Below, piece after piece: positions 1-8,450 of a DNA stretch of 64,000 nucleotides. Each line of letters begins with the position of its first letter. The stretch's first letter is position 1. The stretch lies in the NCBI GenBank assembly GCA_946500615.1, contig CAMMWP010000001.1:69231-133230 (forward strand). The letters run 5' to 3'. This DNA is from an uncultured Clostridium sp. (lineage in GTDB: Bacteria; Bacillota; Clostridia; TANB77; CAG-508). Both the position numbers and the translations under genes were made by a program. The notes under the pieces are model-generated. The model ran no database searches. It had not been told where the DNA came from and worked only from the letters and a program-made list of their open reading frames with translations.

Positions 1-491
1 GATAAAACTTTTGAACGTTCTTCACTAGCCACAATAATTCCTGTTGAGCCACTTTCTATGCCATACTTTTCGACTAAGTCTGGTCTGTTATCTGCATTAA
101 CTGCTTCTGCTACAATTTTCTCGTTTGCACTTTTATATTGTTTGGCAAGTGATACATCTGCATCATCATCTGAATAACCTACAAAATATATATTTACAGT
201 TTTGTCAATATCTTTTACTCTTTCTTTACTTTCATCTGTTAATGTATATAATTTTTCTTGCGTAAAATCTAATGGTGCTAAATCTAGGCTTTGCATTCCC
301 ACATTAATTGCTATAAAAACCATGATGATCAATATGATCAATACACATGTCTTTGTTCCATCAATTAACCATTTCTTTTTTATTGCTTGAACAAATTTGC
401 TTGTTTCTTTTTCCTTATCTAGCTTTTCTTTTTTTATGTTTTCCTTTTTTGGCATTTTTTCTTTTTTTATCTTCTCTTCTTTTTCTTTCAA
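1..491 (-). CDS. GldG-like ABC-transporter accessory protein, N-terminal part (gene runs off the window start)
   Basis: Minus-strand frame is open from TTG at 491 down to base 3. SD AGGAGGA at 500-506 overlaps the upstream stop. Lys-rich N-terminus, one TM segment, then DFTQEKLYTLTDESKERVKDIDKTVNIYFVGY. Missing from the ORF track because no stop lies inside the window. Confidence 0.5.
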   Translation of the reverse strand, partial: MKEKEEKIKKEKMPKKENIKKEKLDKEKETSKFVQAIKKKWLIDGTKTCVLIILIIMVFIAINVGMQSLDLAPLDFTQEKLYTLTDESKERVKDIDKTVNIYFVGYSDDDADVSLAKQYKSANEKIVAEAVNADNRPDLVEKYGIESGSTGIIVASEERSKVL

Positions 492-504
492 CTTTACTAT
501 CCTC

Positions 505-1185
505 CTATCTTACACTTTTTCTTCTTTGCATAACAATAATTGTTAACAATATACACATAATGGTAAATGCTACAAATGTTACTGTATCTGCAATATTGAT
601 TTGTCCGGATGGAAAATTAGCAAACATATTGATTAGTGAAAAGTTGCTAAATATATTGCTAAAGTTTGGTAAAAACCATGTTAATATGAAAAATCCAATT
701 GTGATAACACCTGCTACGATTTGGTTTTCTGTAATACTTGAAGCTAATAATCCAAATGCTATATAACTCATAGCAAGTAATAAAAATCCTAATAAGGTAA
801 CAAGAGCAGTTGTTAAATGTGGTGTTCCAAAAAAAGATAATATCCCAAAATACATAAATGTACAAAGTTCTGTAATCACAACAATCAATGATGCTGATAT
901 AAATTTACCTAAAACAATTTTTGTTATACTTGTAGGTGCTGTTAATAACAGTTGCTCTGTTCCAGATTTTCTTTCTTCTGCCAATGTTCTCATCGTGAGA
1001 ATTGGTGTAATAAATGTTAATATTGTTGCTCCTGAATAAAATATGTATTCAAAATTTGTACTTTGATAGTAAAATACATCTGTATAGAAAAATATACTAA
1101 ACATGATTAAAAATAATCCTATAAATACATAACCTACTGGTGAAAAGAAATAGGATTTAAATTCTTTTTTGACAATTGCCCACAT
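505..1185 (-). CDS. ABC-2 family transporter permease
   Basis: 226 aa with about 6 TM segments. Start overlaps the stop of the upstream ATPase gene (ATGA-type coupling at 1185). Confidence 0.7.
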   Translation of the reverse strand: MWAIVKKEFKSYFFSPVGYVFIGLFLIMFSIFFYTDVFYYQSTNFEYIFYSGATILTFITPILTMRTLAEERKSGTEQLLLTAPTSITKIVLGKFISASLIVVITELCTFMYFGILSFFGTPHLTTALVTLLGFLLLAMSYIAFGLLASSITENQIVAGVITIGFFILTWFLPNFSNIFSNFSLINMFANFPSGQINIADTVTFVAFTIMCILLTIIVMQRRKSVR

Positions 1186-2126
1186 TATTTATTTCCTCCT
1201 TCTATTAATTTCATAAATGCATCTTCTAATGTTGTATCTGCTTTTTTCATTTCAAATATGGTTATATTTTCTTTTGCAAATTCAGAAAAGATTTTCTTCC
1301 TCAAATCAATATCTTTATCTGCTTCTATTAAATATTGTTTTGTTTTATCTTCATTTTCTTGAACGAATTCTATATTTTTTATTTCTGTTATCTTATCTTT
1401 TATCGTTTCCATTTTATTTTCTGTATCTTCAACTGTAACATAAATACAATTATTATTGTTTACTTTATTCTCTAAATGTTCTGGCGTATCTGTTGCGATG
1501 ATTTTACCTTTATTAATAATGATTACTTTATTACAAATTTGGCTCACTTCTGATAAAATGTGTGAACTTAATATAATTGTATGTGTTTTTCCAAGTTCTT
1601 TTATTAAATTTCTAATTTCTGTAATTTGTTTTGGATCTAATCCAACTGTTGGTTCATCTAAAATTAATATTTTTGGTTCTCCTACTAATGCTCCTGCCAT
1701 ACTTACTCTTTGCTTATATCCTCTAGATAAATTTTTGGTCAATTTATTTTCTACTTCTTGTAATCCTGTTTGTTCTAATATTTTTTGCACCTTTTCTTTT
1801 CTTGTTTTTTTGTCAACTTGTTTCAATTCTGCCATATATGTTACAAATTCTTTTACAGTTAAATCTGTATAAAGAGGCACTCCTTCCGGCATGTATCCAA
1901 TCTGCTTTTTGGCTTTTCTAGGTTTTTTTAATGTATTATATCCTTCGATGATTACTTCTCCTGATGTTTGTTCTATGTAACCAGTTAGAATATTCATTGT
2001 TGTACTTTTCCCAGCTCCATTAGGTCCTAATAAGCCTACAATTTCTCCATCATTTATAGAGAAACTTATATCTTCTACGGCTACAGACTTTCCGTACTTT
2101 TTTGTAACATGTTTTACTTCTATCAC
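1185..2126 (-). CDS. ABC transporter ATP-binding protein
   Basis: Walker A GPNGAGKST, signature LSRGYKQR, Walker B ILILDEPTVGLD, H-loop SSHIL. Confidence 0.9.
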   Translation of the reverse strand: MIEVKHVTKKYGKSVAVEDISFSINDGEIVGLLGPNGAGKSTTMNILTGYIEQTSGEVIIEGYNTLKKPRKAKKQIGYMPEGVPLYTDLTVKEFVTYMAELKQVDKKTRKEKVQKILEQTGLQEVENKLTKNLSRGYKQRVSMAGALVGEPKILILDEPTVGLDPKQITEIRNLIKELGKTHTIILSSHILSEVSQICNKVIIINKGKIIATDTPEHLENKVNNNNCIYVTVEDTENKMETIKDKITEIKNIEFVQENEDKTKQYLIEADKDIDLRKKIFSEFAKENITIFEMKKADTTLEDAFMKLIEGGNK

Positions 2127-2435
2127 AAAAATTCCTCCTTTGATTTGATTTATAACATGAACATATTATCATTTATCTCTATTGATGTAAAGAATTTCAC
2201 AAAAAATTCACATTTATTGGGTTACAGTGGTTGTCTTTCATCTCTTTGTCTTAGGGCTCCTCGTATTTGCGATGAGTCCTTTCATTTTTATATACATTTG
2301 CACACAAATTTTACTTACGTAAAATTTGGCGCCGAACAATAACGCGGGCTGCAAAATGTCATAAACAGAGAAAATGTTTAAAAAGCCCGCTATTGTTCTA
2401 AAGTTGCCTTTACTAACATATTAATTAGTTAAGAA

Positions 2436-3074
2436 ATGAGGTTTTGTATGAGTATTTTTTATCCGTTGTTATTATCTTTTGCTATTATTTTTTTTGCTGA
2501 ATTAGGAGATAAAACTCAGATTATGGTTTTATCTTTTTCGACAAAAAGTAAAATGAAACATATTATATTTGGTATTGTTTTGGGAACATTTTTAAGTCAT
2601 GGTTTAGCAATTGCTTTTGGTAGTAAGTTAGGATCGATTGCTAATGAAAATATATCTTACTATTTGAATATGTTTACTTATATCTCTTTTCTTTTATTTG
2701 GAATCGTTGGATTTATTTCTATGAAAGGTCATTCTGCATCTATGACAACAGATTCTTCTTTAGGAACGAAAACAAATCTTCTTTCTAAGTTAACAAAGTT
2801 AAAGTTGAATTATGTATATATTATTGCTTTTTGCATTTTGGTGGGAGAGTTGGGCGATAAAACTTTTCTTTCTTCTATTGGTTTGGGTATTCAGTATCCT
2901 GAGTATAAGGTTTGTTTAATTGTTGGTTCTATTTTGGGAATGGTCTGTAGTAATATTTTGGCTATTATTTTTGGTAAACTTTTAAGTATGAAGTTACATA
3001 AGAATATGATTGAAATAATTTCTAATAGCTTGTTTATTATTTTTGGTCTGATTGGCCTTATTTTTAATATTTAA
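2436..3074 (+). CDS. UPF0016 (TMEM165/GDT1) family cation transporter (putative Mn2+/Ca2+)
   Basis: Two E-x-G-D-K-T motifs (AELGDKTQ and GELGDKTF) in a duplicated 3-TM architecture. The true start may be the ATG at 2448. Confidence 0.75.
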   Translation: MRFCMSIFYPLLLSFAIIFFAELGDKTQIMVLSFSTKSKMKHIIFGIVLGTFLSHGLAIAFGSKLGSIANENISYYLNMFTYISFLLFGIVGFISMKGHSASMTTDSSLGTKTNLLSKLTKLKLNYVYIIAFCILVGELGDKTFLSSIGLGIQYPEYKVCLIVGSILGMVCSNILAIIFGKLLSMKLHKNMIEIISNSLFIIFGLIGLIFNI

Positions 3075-3092
3075 TATTTTTTTATAAAATTA

Positions 3093-3121
3093 TTGACATG
3101 CTACTATATTTATGCTATTAT
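3093..3121 (+). promoter_or_regulatory. sigma70-type promoter in front of the (now split) host tRNA-Arg
   Basis: TTGACA (3093-3098), 17-nt spacer, TATTAT (3116-3121), 20 nt upstream of the tRNA 5' end at 3142. Confidence 0.55.
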
Positions 3122-3141
3122 ATAAATTGTTATTTGTCCAT

Positions 3142-3181
<40 letters not shown>

Positions 3182-3227
3182 ACACTGCTACCTTTTCGTA
3201 AGGTTAGCTAATATCAAGGCTTATAGC

Positions 3228-3265
3228 TTTTTAGATATGAAACATCTAAAAAAATATCTAAAAAA
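3228..3265. repeat. ATCTAAAAAA motif cluster (candidate integrase/Xis arm-type sites), left end
   Basis: Direct copies at 3244-3253 and 3256-3265, and an inverted 9-mer at 3228-3236. Confidence 0.5.
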
Positions 3266-3305
3266 TTTATTACATTGAAAATTTATAAATTGCTGACCGA
3301 TAAAT

Positions 3306-3382
3306 GGGTCAGTAGCTCAGTTGGATAGAGCATTGGCCTTCTAAGCCAAGGGTCGGGGGTTCGAATCCCTCCTGGCTCACCA
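3306..3382 (+). tRNA. tRNA-Arg(UCU), intact, carried inside the ICE
   Basis: Hand-folded cloverleaf: GGGTCAG/CTGGCTC acceptor, GCTC/GAGC D stem, TTGGC-CTTCTAA-GCCAA anticodon arm (TCT at 3340-3342), GGGGG-TTCGAAT-CCCTC T arm, encoded CCA. Confidence 0.9.
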
Positions 3383-3428
3383 TATATCAAGGGTTTCAGC
3401 GATTTATATTTTTTATCTTTTGCAAAAT

Positions 3429-3459
3429 ATCTAAAAAATTTGAGCGATTTTTTTTAGAT
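3429..3459. repeat. ATCTAAAAAA motif pair in inverted orientation (candidate arm-type sites)
   Basis: ATCTAAAAAA at 3429-3438 and its reverse complement TTTTTTAGAT at 3450-3459, between the tRNA and int. Confidence 0.45.
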
Positions 3460-3509
3460 ATTTAATATTTGGGGATAGTATGTACGGTTTCGTATATACT
3501 ATTTTTTTA

Positions 3510-4865
3510 TTATGTAACAACTTTTTGTACTTTTCTTTTTACTACAAATCTTTTTGGATTTTTTGTTTCTTTTATTTCTTTCATTCCATTATGTATTAAT
3601 GTTTCATAGGTATTTGCTACATTTTGTTTAATTCTGTCATCTGGGTGTGAATATCTTTTAGTAGTAGATAGATTTCCATGTCCTAAAAATTCTCCTATTG
3701 CCTTTAAATCCATACCATTAGCATTTAATTCTGTTGCCAAAGTGTGTCTTAAATCATGAAATCTAATTTCCTTCATCTTGTTTCTTCTAATTAATTTCAA
3801 AAATCTATGCGTTATATGGTTTGGTTTAATTATATCTCCATTGTCTTTCACACAAACATATTCTAAATATCTATTATCATAACTATTTTTAAATAATTGC
3901 TTATTTAACTCAATTCTTTCCCTTTTCTTTAGTAATGCCTCTTTTACCTCTTTATATAATGGTAACTTTCTGTTACTATGTATACTTTTGGTTCTATTTT
4001 TTGCTACCAATTTTCCTTTAACCAATTTTTTGGCACAACCAGATACCTGTACGACTGTATGATTAATATAAATCCAATCATTTTCAAAATCAATAGCGCT
4101 CCATTTCAATCCTACTACTTCGCTACGCCTCAAGCCATAATATGCTGCGAGTAAAACTGGTATTTCAATCACATCATTTTTTACAATTTTCAGTAATTGA
4201 TTTAATTCTTCCATTGAATATGTTTCTGGATTAAATACCTCTTGTTTTAAATGTTCAATTCCTCTTGTTGGTTTAGCCATTACGCCTTTTTTTTCTAACA
4301 ATTCGTATGCTACACTTATTTGATTTCTATAATGTTTAATAGATGTATTTTTTAATTTACAGTCTATTGATAAATATGTAAAAAATCTATCAATAACCTC
4401 TGGCGTTACCTCTCTAACTTTATAAATATATTTCTTTTCTTTTGTTTTACTACTGGAAACTTTGTTATCACTACTATCTTTAGATGAACCAAAAAATTCT
4501 TTCATATGAACATTAATGTTTGATTTATAACCTGCATAAGTATCATATTCATATTTTCTTTTTACACTAACTTCTTCCAATCTCATATTCATAAAGTCTA
4601 TAAATTCCATATCTAGTTGTGCTTCTATTCCTGTACGCTTTGGTCTCATCTTTTCGTGCATTTCTATTTCAAATGTTTCTTTAATATTTGTAGCTTTCTC
4701 TTTTGCTAATTTTTTATTTCCTGGTTTTACTTTAATACCTGTACTTTTCCATTTAGTTTTCCAGGTATCTGTTAAATCTTTGTAGCTTAATACTGCTTGA
4801 TAAATCCCCCCTTTCTCTTGAATACTTACTGTTACCTTTATTTCATTTTCTTGTGTTACAATCAT
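3510..4865 (-). CDS. int: Tyrosine site-specific integrase of the ICE
   Basis: GLRRSEVVGLKW (Arg I), HDLRHTLAT (H-x-x-R), LGHGNLSTTKRYSH (His/Tyr). Adjacent to the tRNA att site. Confidence 0.9.
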   Translation of the reverse strand: MIVTQENEIKVTVSIQEKGGIYQAVLSYKDLTDTWKTKWKSTGIKVKPGNKKLAKEKATNIKETFEIEMHEKMRPKRTGIEAQLDMEFIDFMNMRLEEVSVKRKYEYDTYAGYKSNINVHMKEFFGSSKDSSDNKVSSSKTKEKKYIYKVREVTPEVIDRFFTYLSIDCKLKNTSIKHYRNQISVAYELLEKKGVMAKPTRGIEHLKQEVFNPETYSMEELNQLLKIVKNDVIEIPVLLAAYYGLRRSEVVGLKWSAIDFENDWIYINHTVVQVSGCAKKLVKGKLVAKNRTKSIHSNRKLPLYKEVKEALLKKRERIELNKQLFKNSYDNRYLEYVCVKDNGDIIKPNHITHRFLKLIRRNKMKEIRFHDLRHTLATELNANGMDLKAIGEFLGHGNLSTTKRYSHPDDRIKQNVANTYETLIHNGMKEIKETKNPKRFVVKRKVQKVVT

Positions 4866-4953
4866 TTTTTATCTCCTTCCAATAAAAAATGACTGATTGT
4901 TTGTTAATTACATTAGAATTGTAACAAATAAAACAAAACAAATCAGCCCATTT

Positions 4954-5151
4954 TCATTTTTTCATGATATATTCAATTACACTTACTTTTGGAATCAGAT
5001 AATTATTTCCTATTCGTTTACTATAAATTTCTTTCTTTCGTAATAAATCGTATACTTTATTTGTTCCTATCTTATTGCCTAACATCTTTTTTAACTGTTT
5101 AGGATCTACTATATCTTCATATTCTTTAAACATTTCTTCTTTATAATCCAT
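4954..5151 (-). CDS. xis: Excisionase-type HTH DNA-binding protein
   Basis: 65 aa from the ATG at 5151, preceded by SD GGGAGGA. Sequence LKKMLGNKIGTNKVYDLLRKKEIYSKRIGNNYLIPKVSVIEYI resembles the MerR/excisionase HTH_17 family. Lies next to int. Confidence 0.7.
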   Translation of the reverse strand: MDYKEEMFKEYEDIVDPKQLKKMLGNKIGTNKVYDLLRKKEIYSKRIGNNYLIPKVSVIEYIMKK

Positions 5152-5238
5152 ATATCCTCCCAATATAAAAAGTATCATTAAAATTTATAGAAATTTAATG
5201 ATACTTTTATTTATTCTTATATCTTTATCTCAAGTGTT

Positions 5239-6177
5239 TTAATCCATTTCCATTTCTTCTTCATTTGTTAATAATTTCTTATATTGTTCAGCTGTATGAT
5301 TTACATTTGTATGTCCCATATACATTTTTATAAGTTTTTCTTTCAATCTTTGAATAGCACTTTTTTCATCTGAACCTATAGAACATAAAATCCTATATCC
5401 AGAAAATTCTTTATTTCCATCTCGAACTTTCACTCTTGCTATATATCTATCATTTGATTTTCTCATAACATTAATCTTTTTTTGTATTTCATATAATGTC
5501 GCAATATCATAAATTCTACTATCTAATTTAATCAAACTATTTTGCTCATTAATTTTACATTCTTGACTTTCAATGATATTATTTTCTGTTAAGTACAACA
5601 TTTCTGTTTTCTTTAATGTTGCATTAGGTATAATATACGACATATTTGACAATCTATTATTAAATAATATATTTAGTTTATTATCAGAATTAACAATATA
5701 AAACTCATATGGATTTACTTTACTATATTTATTTGAAGCCAGTATTATTGTTATTATTTCTTCATCTGTAAGTTGTTTTAATATTAAATCATAAAATTCT
5801 TTTTCATTGGTTACTCTATATCCTTGTATAAATTTCCAATCTTTATATACTTCCATATTTTCTATGATGTTTTCTTCTAATAAATTTGCAATATCTTCAT
5901 CTGTTATGTTAAAACTGTTTTTTAATTGCCATTTATCTTTTGCATATATAAATACATCATACTTACCTCGTTCATCTTCCGAATAATATTTATGTAATAT
6001 ATCTTTTGGTATATTATATGGTACCAAATGTATTTTTTCATTTTCCAAATCTTCTATTTCTGAGTATGTTTTTGATAGGACATTACTGTCAAATCTTTTT
6101 CTGCAAAAATCTTTAAATTTACTTGCGTCCATTACTACGAATGTTTCTGAATTTTCCATTTTTATCCTCATTTCCAT
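5239..6177 (-). CDS. Hypothetical ICE protein (312 aa)
   Basis: Long ORF that overlaps the upstream gene by 10 nt. Ends in EEEMEMD. I recognise no motif. Confidence 0.6.
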   Translation of the reverse strand: MEMRIKMENSETFVVMDASKFKDFCRKRFDSNVLSKTYSEIEDLENEKIHLVPYNIPKDILHKYYSEDERGKYDVFIYAKDKWQLKNSFNITDEDIANLLEENIIENMEVYKDWKFIQGYRVTNEKEFYDLILKQLTDEEIITIILASNKYSKVNPYEFYIVNSDNKLNILFNNRLSNMSYIIPNATLKKTEMLYLTENNIIESQECKINEQNSLIKLDSRIYDIATLYEIQKKINVMRKSNDRYIARVKVRDGNKEFSGYRILCSIGSDEKSAIQRLKEKLIKMYMGHTNVNHTAEQYKKLLTNEEEMEMD

Positions 6178-6596
6178 TTTATTTTTTTAGGTACTGCATA
6201 AGAAACTTTATCCTTATATTTATCTTTTACTCTATATTCTTTTGTTTTGTAGTTGTATGAATACATACCAGTATTCCAATTTCTAAATGCTCTATTATTA
6301 ATCCCTTTTCTACTTGATAATTCATGACTAGCTTGTATATGTTGCATTTCCATGTTTGCATTTATTCTTTCTAATTGTTCTTTTTTTCTTTTTTGATAGA
6401 TATATCTTTTTACTCTATTCTTTTGTTTTTCTTTATTTTCTGCTTTTCTTCTTTCTTTTTCTTTTGTATATCGTTCATCATTTCTTACAATTCTTGATAC
6501 ATATTGTTTGCTGACTTTCAATTCTTCGGAAATTTCTGTCATTTTCAATTTATTTTTAAAGAATAACGTAAGAATTTTATCTTTATTATTCATCAT
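6168..6596 (-). CDS. HTH regulator (sigma-70 region-4-like) with basic coiled tail
   Basis: MTEISEELKVSKQYVSRIVRNDERY HTH, followed by a K/R/E-rich segment. Confidence 0.55.
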   Translation of the reverse strand: MMNNKDKILTLFFKNKLKMTEISEELKVSKQYVSRIVRNDERYTKEKERRKAENKEKQKNRVKRYIYQKRKKEQLERINANMEMQHIQASHELSSRKGINNRAFRNWNTGMYSYNYKTKEYRVKDKYKDKVSYAVPKKIKWK

Positions 6597-6655
6597 TATT
6601 ACCTCTTTAGTAATTTAGTTGACTTTTTATATAACATTTTTTGAACGCAAAAATA

Positions 6656-6841
6656 CTAATGTAAATGTTTAGTTAAATTGTTTATGTATTCTTTAAATTT
6701 TTTTCCTTTTAAATCTGATAATTTTGGTGTAGTGTTAGTTTGTTTTTCTTTTTTTCTGTTTGATTTACTATATTTAGCTATAAAAAATCCTAGAAAAAAC
6801 GCAATTATCATTAGTATTATCAATAAAATTAATCTTCCCAT
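6656..6841 (-). CDS. Small single-TM protein
   Basis: ATG at 6841 after SD GGAGGT. MGRLILLIILMIIAFFLGFFIAKY TM followed by a basic tail. Confidence 0.45.
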   Translation of the reverse strand: MGRLILLIILMIIAFFLGFFIAKYSKSNRKKEKQTNTTPKLSDLKGKKFKEYINNLTKHLH

Positions 6842-6968
6842 GTATACCTCCAATCTCTTTTAATTTGAAAATATAGAATAGGAACTTATTTTACTTAAGT
6901 AATAATTTTTCCTTCTACTAGATAAGTTCCTATTTAACTTTCAATATGTTACCTTTTTTATAAATTTT

Positions 6969-7157
6969 TTAAATTTTTTTATTTTTACTGTTTTTTGTTA
7001 AGGCTTTATAAATCTGTATTCTAATTTCTTGGGCGCAATCTTCATTATATTTTCCTAAAATAATTGAACTTGATTTTATGGTGTTTTCAAAATCATTTAA
7101 TATTTTTATAACCTCATCTTCAGATAAACTAAAATCATTAAACTTGTTATTTTTCAT
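6969..7157 (-). CDS. Small hypothetical protein (Tn916 orf8-like position)
   Basis: 62 aa, overlapping the upstream sigma-like gene by 11 nt. Confidence 0.4.
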   Translation of the reverse strand: MKNNKFNDFSLSEDEVIKILNDFENTIKSSSIILGKYNEDCAQEIRIQIYKALTKNSKNKKI

Positions 7158-7635
7158 TTTCTACTTCCTCCTTTATTTTTTTGATTTTATTTTTTATTGA
7201 CCTATCTCTTTGCCAAATTGTCTTTCTATTAACCCCTAATAAAACTGCAACCTCATTTACCTGGTAATTTTCCAAATATAATAAAAGTACCACCAACTTC
7301 TCATTAAAAGTTAGTGGTACTATAAACCTATTCAATCCAGAATTCAAAGCAATATTTTCCAACATATTAACCAACCTTTCCTTCTCGTATTGAGAATAAG
7401 GCTTTAAGTCAGAAATATCTTTTAATATCTTAGTTTCTAATACTTTATCAACAAAATTGTAATTGTCATAAACTGTAATTTTTTCATCACTTATATTTTC
7501 ATTATCCAATGATACAGTTTCTCTTTCCTTTAATAGGATAAATTTTTTCATGTATTTTAAAGCTGTCTTTTTTATAATCCCATAGACATATGCTTTCTCA
7601 TCATCAGTAAGATTTTCTTTCAAATAATCTTTCAT
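7147..7635 (-). CDS. Sigma-70 family / region-4 HTH regulator (Tn916 orf7-like)
   Basis: C-terminal LENYQVNEVAVLLGVNRKTIWQRDRSIKNKI HTH. ATG at 7635 after SD GGAGGT. Confidence 0.6.
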   Translation of the reverse strand: MKDYLKENLTDDEKAYVYGIIKKTALKYMKKFILLKERETVSLDNENISDEKITVYDNYNFVDKVLETKILKDISDLKPYSQYEKERLVNMLENIALNSGLNRFIVPLTFNEKLVVLLLYLENYQVNEVAVLLGVNRKTIWQRDRSIKNKIKKIKEEVENEK

Positions 7636-7833
7636 ATTTACCTCCAAATTTCAAAATCAAATCTATCCTCTGAAATCTGAAGATAATAAATATTCGATTA
7701 TTCCCCCTTTCTAAACAACTATGAAATTCTCCAGTAATTAATTATTTTCATTCGTATATTAAAAATCTTTTGTATTACCTTCAAATTTCATAGATAAATT
7801 TGACAGGATTATACAAATTATTTCTTTTTACAT

Positions 7834-8394
7834 TTGTCGAAAAATCTGAATAACTTTTTTACTTTTTTGTCGAAAGTCAAACAAAAAACAAAAGCAAAGA
7901 TGATAAAATTATATGTTTCAAAAATTTTGTATGTCTATTTTGATAAACATTTTTATTCAAAACTGATATGTAAAAAATTTTATAAATTTTATAAAATAAA
8001 AAAGGGAGGACTAATATGGATTATAAAGAAATTCGGTAGTCGTATTAGATATATACGAGAAAATGAACTGAAAATGACAAGAGAAGAATTTGCTGAACTA
8101 CTAGAGTTAAGCAATTCAACCATAGTAAGACTTGAAAATCCAAATAAGAACAAAGTTACTAATGTAGAAACTTATTTCAAGGTTGCCCAAGCTACTGGAT
8201 ATACCATTGAAGAACTTTTAGTTGGAATTTATTCTAATAAGAATAATAGGGAAATAAAAAGAATTAATTATATATTAAATGTTTTATCTAAAGAAGAATT
8301 AAACTATATATTTAAAAATGTCCAAGAATTTACTAGATTTATGCACAAAAAAGATACTAAAACTTTAAAAAACATAAAGAAAAATTTAAAATGA
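7834..8394 (+). CDS. XRE-family HTH regulator (the true start is probably near 8014-8020)
   Basis: IRYIRENELKMTREEFAELLELSNSTIVRLEN HTH. Strong SD GGGAGGA at 8004-8010, but the in-frame codons after it are ATA (8014) and ATT (8020), not ATG. Confidence 0.6.
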   Translation: MSKNLNNFFTFLSKVKQKTKAKMIKLYVSKILYVYFDKHFYSKLICKKFYKFYKIKKGGLIWIIKKFGSRIRYIRENELKMTREEFAELLELSNSTIVRLENPNKNKVTNVETYFKVAQATGYTIEELLVGIYSNKNNREIKRINYILNVLSKEELNYIFKNVQEFTRFMHKKDTKTLKNIKKNLK

Positions 8395-8450
8395 TTATAA
8401 TTTAGTAAAAAATAGAAAAATACTATTTATAGCATTTTTCTATTTACTAT

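Noticed and set aside
2130-2435. A yybP-ykoY (Mn2+) riboswitch upstream of the UPF0016 transporter gene.
   Set aside because: I could not find the conserved GGGGAGUAG or UUGACAUA/AGACCUUU-type elements on the sense strand. Only generic hairpins are present. It is kept as a low-interest structured-leader note.
3228-3459. Treating the short repeated ATCTAAAAAA motifs as a possible CRISPR or minisatellite array.
   Set aside because: The units are only 10 bp with irregular spacing and mixed orientation, and they are confined to the two ICE ends. This fits recombinase arm sites, not CRISPR repeats. No CRISPR-like array exists in the window.
6656-7647. N-terminal MEV.. extensions in the ORF track (MEVNM, MEVYM, MEVRM, MEVICM).
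   Set aside because: They come from TTG-GAG-GT, which is the Shine-Dalgarno TTGGAGGT read as codons. The real starts are the ATG 2-4 codons downstream.
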